Below, one piece after another: positions 26,089-32,000 of a DNA stretch of 32,000 bases (its first letter is position 1; the number at the start of each line of letters is the position of its first letter). The DNA comes from Methanothermus fervidus DSM 2088. Lineage in GTDB: Archaea > Methanobacteriota > Methanobacteria > DSM-2088 > Methanothermaceae. Both the position numbers and the translations under genes were made by a program. The DNA is taken from the NCBI GenBank assembly GCA_000166095.1, contig CP002278.1:300001-332000 (forward strand), in the 5' to 3' direction. The notes beneath the pieces are model-generated. The model saw nothing but the letters and a program-made list of their open reading frames with translations. It did not search any database and was not told the origin of the DNA.

Positions 26089-28686
26089 ATGAAATTAAAA
26101 TCTTTAGAATTGAAAAACATTAGGAGCTATAAATATGAAAAATTAGAATTTAATGACGGAGTTACACTTTTTGAAGGAGATATTGGTAGTGGAAAATCAA
26201 CAATATTGTTAGCTATAGAATTTGCACTTTTTGGTTTAGGTAATTACACAGGTTCTGGATTATTACGTATTGAAAATGGTGTACATGTAAGAGAAGGTCA
26301 CGTTAAATTGGAATTTGAAAGCAATGGCAAACCATATATTGTATATCGAAGTTTAAAAAATGAAAATGGTAGAATAGGCCAAGATAAATGTTGGATTGTG
26401 GAAGATGGAAAAAAACAATTACTATCACCTACCGAATTAAAGAAGAAAATTTTAAAAATTTTAAATTTTAATGAACCTGTAAATCCAAGATCCAAAAGTG
26501 TAATATATAGATATGCTGTTTTTACACCACAAGAAGAAATGAAATCAATTTTAACAAAATCAGATGATGAACGTTTGAATACTATAAGGAAAGCTCTAAG
26601 ATTGGATGAATATAAAAATGCTAGAGATAACTGTAAGTTGTTAAAGAATTTATTGAATACACGCTACATTGAATATAAGTCAAAGGTAGAGGGGCTAGAT
26701 GAGCTTAAGAATAAATATAAGAAAAAAATGGAGGAGCTAAGCACAATAACATCCAAAATTAAAGAGTTGGAGAAAGATAGGGAAAAACTTAAGAATGAAG
26801 TTAAGGAGCTAGAGAAAAGGAAGGAGAAAATTGAGGAGAAGTATAGGGAGATTTTAAATCTGGAGGAGAAGATTCCAGAGATTGAGGAAAGAATGAGGGA
26901 AGAAAAAGAAAGATTGGAAAAAGTGAAAAAAGAGAAAAACAAGATTAAGAATTCCCTGGAAAAATTAAAAAGAGAGTTTGAAGCCAGTAAAGAAGAATTA
27001 AGCACAATAACATCCAAAATTAAAGAGTTGGAGAAAGATAGGGAAAAACTTAAGAATGAAGTTAAGGAGCTAGAGAAAAGGAAGGAGAAAATTGAGGAGA
27101 AGTATAGGGAGATCAAGTATAGGGAAAAAGAAATCCCAGAAATCAAGAAACAAATAACAGAGGAAAAAGAAAGAAAAGAATCGTTGATAAAAGAAAATAA
27201 AAATTTATCAGGAAAGCTGAAGGAGCAAAAACAAGAATATCAAAAGAAAAATGAAGAATTAAAAATAATTGAAGAAGAAATATCTGATCTAAGGGCAAGA
27301 ATACATGGAAAAATAATGGAAAAAAATTTAGAAGACATAGAAAAAGATCTAGAAAAGTTTGAAGAAGAACTAAACAAAAAAATTGGAAGGATAGAAAATA
27401 ATATCAAAAATATAAAATCTCTCAAGGAAAAGGGTGTATGTCCTACTTGTGAAAGGCCCATAGAAGAATATGAGGTAGATAATAAAGTAGAAAAATATTT
27501 AGAAGAGAAAAATAGAGTAAAAAATAAAATTGAGAAAGTTAGAGAAAAAATTGAAATGATTAGGAAATTAAAAGATAAAAATAGAAAATATAATGAAATA
27601 AAAAACGAATTAACGAGATTAAAAGAATACATAAACGAAAATGAGAAAAAATATGCAGAAAATGAAAAAGAAATTAAAAAAATTGATGTAAATATACATA
27701 AATTAAAAGAAAAACTGAAAAAAGAAAAAAAGAAGATTGCAGAAAAAGAGAAAGTAAAAGAAAAATTTGAAAAAATAAACAAAAAATACGAAAAGATAAG
27801 TAAAGATCTTGAAAATGTTAGTAATAAACTATCCAAATATGAGGAGCGTAAGGATAATCTCAAGGCTAATATCAGTAGAATAAAGAGCGATGAAAAAGAA
27901 AAAGAAAGTGATTTAAAAGAACGTAAAATCGAAATTGAAAATATTAAAAATAAAATTAACCAATTAAAACTAAGAAAAAGAAAAATAGAAAAGAAAATTA
28001 AAGAAAAACCAAAAGTAGAAGAAAAAGTTAAAAGAATCGAAAAAGAATTTGAAGAAAAAGAAGACATGCTTAAAAAAGTAGAGAAAGAATTGTCTTCATG
28101 TAAAAGCAGTGAAAGACATCTGAAAGAAAATATACGTGAAATTAAGGAGGAAATTAAGAAAAAAGAGGAATTCAAAGAATTAAGTGAAAAATATAAAGAA
28201 TACAAAGAATGGATTGAAGATTACTTCATGCCATCTATTGAAGAAATTGAAGAACATATACTTATGAACATATATGAAAACTTTAATGAGAAATTTAAAG
28301 AATGGTTTAACAAGCTCATTGATGATCCTGAGAAATCTGTAAGAATTAATGAGAAATTTAAACCTGTTGTAGAGCAAGATGGATACGAACAAGACATTGA
28401 ATATTTAAGTGGTGGAGAGAGGACAAGCGTTGCATTAGCATATCGTTTAGCTCTCAATAAGGTGGTTAGAGATTTCTCAGAAAGTGGTGACATCGATGTT
28501 TTGATTTTAGATGAACCTACAGATGGATTTAGTAGAGAACAGATAAACAAATTAAGAGATGTTTTAGATGATTTAGAATGTTCTCAGATTATACTGGTCT
28601 CACATGAAAGAGAACTTGAGGCATTAGCTGACTATGTGTACAGAGTAGAAAAATCTGCAGGCATTTCAGAGATCAAAGAAGGTTGA
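26089..28686 (+). CDS. rad50: DNA double-strand break repair ATPase Rad50
   Basis: 865 aa. Walker A GDIGSGKST, Q-loop FTPQEE. Long K/E coiled coil with CPTC zinc hook at about aa 450-453 (nt 27438-27449). Signature LSGGERTS, Walker B VLILDEPT, H-loop VSHE. Confidence 0.9.
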   Translation: MKLKSLELKNIRSYKYEKLEFNDGVTLFEGDIGSGKSTILLAIEFALFGLGNYTGSGLLRIENGVHVREGHVKLEFESNGKPYIVYRSLKNENGRIGQDKCWIVEDGKKQLLSPTELKKKILKILNFNEPVNPRSKSVIYRYAVFTPQEEMKSILTKSDDERLNTIRKALRLDEYKNARDNCKLLKNLLNTRYIEYKSKVEGLDELKNKYKKKMEELSTITSKIKELEKDREKLKNEVKELEKRKEKIEEKYREILNLEEKIPEIEERMREEKERLEKVKKEKNKIKNSLEKLKREFEASKEELSTITSKIKELEKDREKLKNEVKELEKRKEKIEEKYREIKYREKEIPEIKKQITEEKERKESLIKENKNLSGKLKEQKQEYQKKNEELKIIEEEISDLRARIHGKIMEKNLEDIEKDLEKFEEELNKKIGRIENNIKNIKSLKEKGVCPTCERPIEEYEVDNKVEKYLEEKNRVKNKIEKVREKIEMIRKLKDKNRKYNEIKNELTRLKEYINENEKKYAENEKEIKKIDVNIHKLKEKLKKEKKKIAEKEKVKEKFEKINKKYEKISKDLENVSNKLSKYEERKDNLKANISRIKSDEKEKESDLKERKIEIENIKNKINQLKLRKRKIEKKIKEKPKVEEKVKRIEKEFEEKEDMLKKVEKELSSCKSSERHLKENIREIKEEIKKKEEFKELSEKYKEYKEWIEDYFMPSIEEIEEHILMNIYENFNEKFKEWFNKLIDDPEKSVRINEKFKPVVEQDGYEQDIEYLSGGERTSVALAYRLALNKVVRDFSESGDIDVLILDEPTDGFSREQINKLRDVLDDLECSQIILVSHERELEALADYVYRVEKSAGISEIKEG
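26738..26852 (+). repeat. copy 1 of a perfect 115-nt intragenic direct repeat in the rad50 coiled coil
   Basis: Compared base by base with 26999-27113: identical. Offset 261 nt = 87 codons. Encodes LSTITSKIKELEKDREKLKNEVKELEKRKEKIEEKYREI. Confidence 0.95.
26999..27113 (+). repeat. copy 2 of the perfect 115-nt intragenic direct repeat in rad50
   Basis: Identical to 26738-26852. Confidence 0.95.
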
Positions 28687-28689
28687 TAC

Positions 28690-29910
28690 ATGGACACAAA
28701 AAAAGTTGCAGTTTTAGGTTTAGGAGTTGAAGGTAAGAATGCCATAAAATCCTTAAAAAAAAGAGGATATAGGATATATGCATCAGATAAAAATAGAATT
28801 GATTTTAAGGATGAGGAAGTAGAAGTAGATTTAGGTAAGCATGATATAAACAAGATACTATCCTGTGATTTTGTTGTTATTAGCCCAAGTATGTGGAATA
28901 CTAAATTAGCATCTTTAATTAAAAAGAAGAAAAAAGTTATTTGCGATGTATTTAATAAACACAAATCAATATATACAATAGGAGTCACTGGGACAAACGG
29001 TAAAACAACAACAAGTTTAATGATTTATGAAATTTTAAAAAATTCCAAAAAGAATGTTTTAATTGGTGGAAATGCTGGCGGAGGTTTTGAAGGATACACT
29101 GAACTTATATTAGAAGCCAATGAAGGAAATTATGAATATATGGTTATTGAGATATGCGACATGACTCTAGATTTTGTAGATGATTGTTTTGACTTGGATA
29201 TGGTTGTGGTTACTAATATAGGTGAAGATCACTTAAATTATCATAAAACTTTAGAAAATTTCAGAAGGAAGCTAAAGAAATTTTTAAAAAATAAAATTGC
29301 CATACTAAATTCTAAAGATCCTAATTTAGTGAAATTAGCTAAAGAACTCGATAATTACATATTTTATGATGAATATGATGTTCCACTTTTTGGTAGATTT
29401 AATAAGTTAAATGCTGGTGCTGCTGCTGCAGCAGCAAAATTTCTTGGCATTGATCCTAAAATCATATCTCATACATTAAAAAATTTTAAATTGCCAAAAG
29501 GGAGGTTAAAACACTATAATATTAATAACAAACATATAATAATTGGAAAAACTGATAACAAAACAGCTTTAGAGGCAGTATTAAATGAAATGAAATTTGA
29601 TGCAATGTTTATAGGTACTCCCAGACGAAATGAATATTGGAGATTCAAAATTCTTGATGTTGCATATAAAAGTTCACCAAAGTTGATAGTATTGTTTCCA
29701 GGACTAGAAGATACCGTGGATATGGCTAAGAAAAGACTTGAAAAGTTAGGATTCAAAAATGTAGTTACAGTTAAAACTATAGATGAGATTGTTAAAATGT
29801 TTGAATTTGTTTTAGAAAAATATGAAAAAATATTCATTGGAGGTAATGGACAGAAAAAAATAAATAAAATCCAGGATATTTTAGAGGCTAAATTTGTTCA
29901 ATATCAGTAG
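28690..29910 (+). CDS. Mur-ligase family protein (third pseudomurein-type paralog; no zinc ribbon, short C-terminal domain)
   Basis: 406 aa. VAVLGLGVEGKNA Rossmann, GVTGTNGKTTTS, VVTNIGEDHLNYH, NAGAAAAAAKFLGI...PKGRLK. Its ATG lies 3 nt after the rad50 stop. Confidence 0.8.
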   Translation: MDTKKVAVLGLGVEGKNAIKSLKKRGYRIYASDKNRIDFKDEEVEVDLGKHDINKILSCDFVVISPSMWNTKLASLIKKKKKVICDVFNKHKSIYTIGVTGTNGKTTTSLMIYEILKNSKKNVLIGGNAGGGFEGYTELILEANEGNYEYMVIEICDMTLDFVDDCFDLDMVVVTNIGEDHLNYHKTLENFRRKLKKFLKNKIAILNSKDPNLVKLAKELDNYIFYDEYDVPLFGRFNKLNAGAAAAAAKFLGIDPKIISHTLKNFKLPKGRLKHYNINNKHIIIGKTDNKTALEAVLNEMKFDAMFIGTPRRNEYWRFKILDVAYKSSPKLIVLFPGLEDTVDMAKKRLEKLGFKNVVTVKTIDEIVKMFEFVLEKYEKIFIGGNGQKKINKIQDILEAKFVQYQ

Positions 29911-29958
29911 TTGGGGGTTCATCATAAAATTCAGCACGTCCCTAGCTTCATCATCTTT
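29900..29958 (-). ncRNA. C/D box sRNA (2'-O-methylation guide), hand-detected
   Basis: The minus strand reads aaag-AUGAUGA(C, 29954-29948)-agcuagggacgug(13 nt)-CUGA(D', 29934-29931)-auuuu-AUGAUGA(C', 29925-29919)-acccccaacua(11 nt)-CUGA(D, 29907-29904)-uauu. Box order, spacer lengths and ~55-nt size fit archaeal C/D sRNAs. TATA-like TTTTAATAATAAAATA lies ~15-30 nt upstream. The 3' part overlaps the stop region of the opposite-strand ligase gene. Confidence 0.7.
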
Positions 29959-29998
29959 AATTATAATTTCTATTTTATTATTAAAATCTAATTTTGAG

Positions 29999-31093
29999 AT
30001 GGTAGAAATGAAATGCAAAATTTGTGGTGAAAGCCGTCCTTATATCTCAAAAGTTTTTGGTATATGTAAGGAATGTATTTTAGAAGGTGGAGAAGCTATT
30101 AAACATGTAAGAAAAATACATGGGGAAATAAGAAAAAAATTTAATTTACCTCCTGAGCCTCCTAAAGATGGAAATGTAAAATGTAATATATGTTCAAATA
30201 AATGTCGTATGAAGGAAAATGAAGTAGGATATTGTGGATTGAGGATGAATATTAGGGGAAAATTAAGATCTTTAGTTTCTGATGAAGAAGCTTTACTTTA
30301 CACATATTTAGATCCAATACCAACCAACTGTTGTGCAGCCTGGTTCTGTCCAGGTTGTACGGGACGTGGATACCCAAAGTATGCCTATAAAAATGGACCA
30401 GAATATGGATTTTATAATTTAGCTTCTTTCTTTTATGGCTGTAATTTTGATTGTGTATATTGCCAAAATATTTCACATAAAAATTTATGGAAAGCTCCAA
30501 AAATGACAATAGAAAAATTTGTTAATGAAGTTAAAAATGAAAAAATAACATGTATATGTTATTTTGGAGGATCTCCCGAACCCCAATTACCATTTGCAAT
30601 AAAAGCATCAAAAGAAGCCTTAAAACTTGGAAAGAAAATATTAAGAATTTGTTGGGAATGGAATGGATGTGGTAACGAAAAATTAGTCAAAAGAGCTGCA
30701 AAAATAGCAGGGGAAAGTGGTGGAATAATAAAATTTGACTTAAAATGCTTTGATGAAAATTTAAGCATAGCTTTAAGTGGAGTATCAAATAAGCAAGCAT
30801 ACAAAAATTTTAAAATGATAGGAGAAAAATTCTTTGATAGATATGATATTCCTGTTTTAACAGCGACAACGCTTCTTGTACCAGGATATGTAGATAAAGA
30901 TGAAGTTAGGAAAATTTCTAAATTTATAGCTGAAATAAATGATGAGATACCTTATCAATTATTAGTTTTTCATCCAGATTATATGATGATGGATCTTCCT
31001 ATAACTCCAAGGAAACAAGTGTATGAATGCTTTAACGAGGCTAAAAAATATTTAAAAAATGTGGACATTGGTAACATCCACCTTATAACTTAG
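29999..31093 (+). CDS. radical SAM enzyme, PflA / AmmeMemoRadiSam-like activase family, with N-terminal Cys-rich segment
   Basis: CX3CX2C motif GCNFDCVYCQN. Upstream Cys motifs CKICG...CKEC and CNICSNKC...GYCG. I prefer ATG 29999 (MVEMKCKICG) or 30008. The track's 29894 start overlaps the ligase gene and encodes a non-protein-like leader. Confidence 0.7.
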   Translation: MVEMKCKICGESRPYISKVFGICKECILEGGEAIKHVRKIHGEIRKKFNLPPEPPKDGNVKCNICSNKCRMKENEVGYCGLRMNIRGKLRSLVSDEEALLYTYLDPIPTNCCAAWFCPGCTGRGYPKYAYKNGPEYGFYNLASFFYGCNFDCVYCQNISHKNLWKAPKMTIEKFVNEVKNEKITCICYFGGSPEPQLPFAIKASKEALKLGKKILRICWEWNGCGNEKLVKRAAKIAGESGGIIKFDLKCFDENLSIALSGVSNKQAYKNFKMIGEKFFDRYDIPVLTATTLLVPGYVDKDEVRKISKFIAEINDEIPYQLLVFHPDYMMMDLPITPRKQVYECFNEAKKYLKNVDIGNIHLIT

Positions 31094-31101
31094 GAGGAGT
31101 A

Positions 31102-32000
31102 ATGTTGAAGAAGAAAAAAATTATAGCTTTAGCAGAAAAAGATTTTGAGAAAGCATGGAAATTAAGCAAAAAAACCTTAAAAGAACCACACCATGACTTA
31201 CAATATCCAAGATTATATTATAGATATGGGAAGTCTCACCCATTATATGATACAATATTTAAGCTTAGAGAAGCTTATTTAAAATTAGGGTTTGACGAAG
31301 TTGTAAACCCTGTTTTTATAAATGAGGATGAAGTTTATAAACAATTTGGGCCAGAAGCTCCTGCTATTTTAGATCGTTGTTTTTATTTAGCGGGGCTACC
31401 TAGGCCTGATATAGGAATTGAAAAAGATAAAATTAAAAAAATTAAAAATTTAAAAAGTGATGCTGATATCGGTAAATTAAAAGAAGTATTTAGAGAATAT
31501 AAGTTAGGAAATATTGCTGGTGACGACTTAGTATATGAAATTTCAAATGCTTTAGATGTTGATGACGAAACAGCATTGCGTATTTTGGAAATTTTTCCAG
31601 AAATTAAAAAATTGAAACCACAAGTAAGTGACGTAACATTACGTTCTCATATGACAGCTAGTTGGTTTGTAACACTTTCGAAAATTCATGATAAATATAG
31701 ATTACCAATAAAATTGTTTTCAATAGATAGATGTTTTAGACGAGAACAGAGGGAAGATGAAAGTCACCTTATGACATACTTTTCTGCATCCTGTGTTTTT
31801 GTCGATGAAGAAGTATCAATTGATGTTGGTAAAGCAGTAGCTGAGGGAATATTGAGATATTTTGGCTTTTCCAATTTTAAATTTATTCCAGATGAAAAAA
31901 GGTCCAAATATTATATACCTGATACACAGACAGAAGTTTATGCCTATCATCCAAAAATAAAGAAGTGGATAGAAGTAGCTACCTTTGGATTATATTCACC
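31102..32000 (+). CDS. sepS: O-phosphoseryl-tRNA(Cys) synthetase (partial; continues beyond the window end)
   Basis: Read by hand: AGGAGG SD, ATG 31102. Translation MLKKKKIIALAEKDFEKAWKLSKKTLKEPHHDLQYPRLYYRYGKSHPLYDTIFKLREAYLKLGFDEVVNPVFINEDEVYKQFGPEAPAILDRCFYLAGLPRPDIG... matches the SepRS N-terminal region (YKQFGPEA..LDRCFYLAGLPRPD). Confidence 0.85.
   Translation, partial: MLKKKKIIALAEKDFEKAWKLSKKTLKEPHHDLQYPRLYYRYGKSHPLYDTIFKLREAYLKLGFDEVVNPVFINEDEVYKQFGPEAPAILDRCFYLAGLPRPDIGIEKDKIKKIKNLKSDADIGKLKEVFREYKLGNIAGDDLVYEISNALDVDDETALRILEIFPEIKKLKPQVSDVTLRSHMTASWFVTLSKIHDKYRLPIKLFSIDRCFRREQREDESHLMTYFSASCVFVDEEVSIDVGKAVAEGILRYFGFSNFKFIPDEKRSKYYIPDTQTEVYAYHPKIKKWIEVATFGLYS

Noticed and set aside
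26664-28392. Minus-strand ORFs of 160, 321 and 70 aa antisense to rad50.
   Set aside because: Their extreme Ser/Phe/Leu composition is just the complement of the GAA/AAG/AAA-rich coiled-coil codons. The apparent internal repeat of the 160-aa ORF mirrors the rad50 115-nt duplication.
24759-28686. Whether the Mre11/Rad50 pair could be an SbcCD-like or SMC-type anti-phage defence module.
   Set aside because: Both proteins have the full housekeeping archaeal Mre11/Rad50 motif set, including the CxxC zinc hook. There are no companion defence genes, mobile-element markers or compositional anomaly. The flanks are core cell-wall and translation genes.
29894-29998. N-terminal extension (MFNISSWGFIIKF...) of the radical SAM ORF offered by the track.
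   Set aside because: It overlaps the ligase gene end and the C/D sRNA locus, looks like translated AT-rich spacer, and precedes a well-formed MVEMKCKICG start. I therefore begin the CDS at 29999.
1-32000. Window-wide search for CRISPR arrays, IS elements/transposases, integrases, prophage genes, tRNA or rRNA genes.
   Set aside because: No spaced direct-repeat arrays, terminal inverted repeats or GC-rich tRNA/rRNA-like islands were seen. The only notable repeats are intragenic (rad50 duplication, CobN-like PT linker).

Overview
Very AT-rich, almost fully coding archaeal chromosome segment from a methanogen. Diagnostic genes are atwA (MCR activation component A2), cofD/cofE (F420), GTP cyclohydrolase III, archaeal IMP cyclohydrolase PurO, TrmY and SepRS. 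Three Mur-ligase paralogs in an archaeon point to a pseudomurein-walled lineage (Methanobacteriales/Methanopyrales). K/E/I-rich proteins suggest a thermophile, perhaps Methanothermus-like, but I cannot verify this without a database search. Layout: (1) 1-8278, ten co-directional minus-strand genes: bioY, hemA, sirC-like, Cys-rich/UBA-like protein, atwA, Dus-like TIM barrel, gch3, cofD, cofE, purO. (2) 8332-10812: ModE-like regulator, then hisB, an unlisted 59-aa ferredoxin and a Pol-beta-type nucleotidyltransferase. (3) 11099-18358: a small cytoplasmic protein, a split small membrane gene, a 1675-aa CobN-family protein predicted to be cell-surface anchored, and a secreted beta-rich protein. 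(4) 18459-20013: small membrane protein, DUF169, trmY. (5) 19980-29910: head-to-head mre11 and rad50, each followed tightly by Mur-ligase genes. The mre11 arm also carries a secreted VanW-like Cys protein and a MobA-like NTP transferase. (6) A hand-found C/D box sRNA, a radical SAM enzyme and sepS (partial). No rRNA, tRNA, CRISPR array, IS element or integrase was seen. The best leads are the candidate pseudomurein peptide module (MurT-like zinc-ribbon ligases, exported VanW-like putative transpeptidase, NTP transferase) and the extracellular CobN-like/secreted protein pair. All family assignments rest on motif recognition by eye, not on searches.
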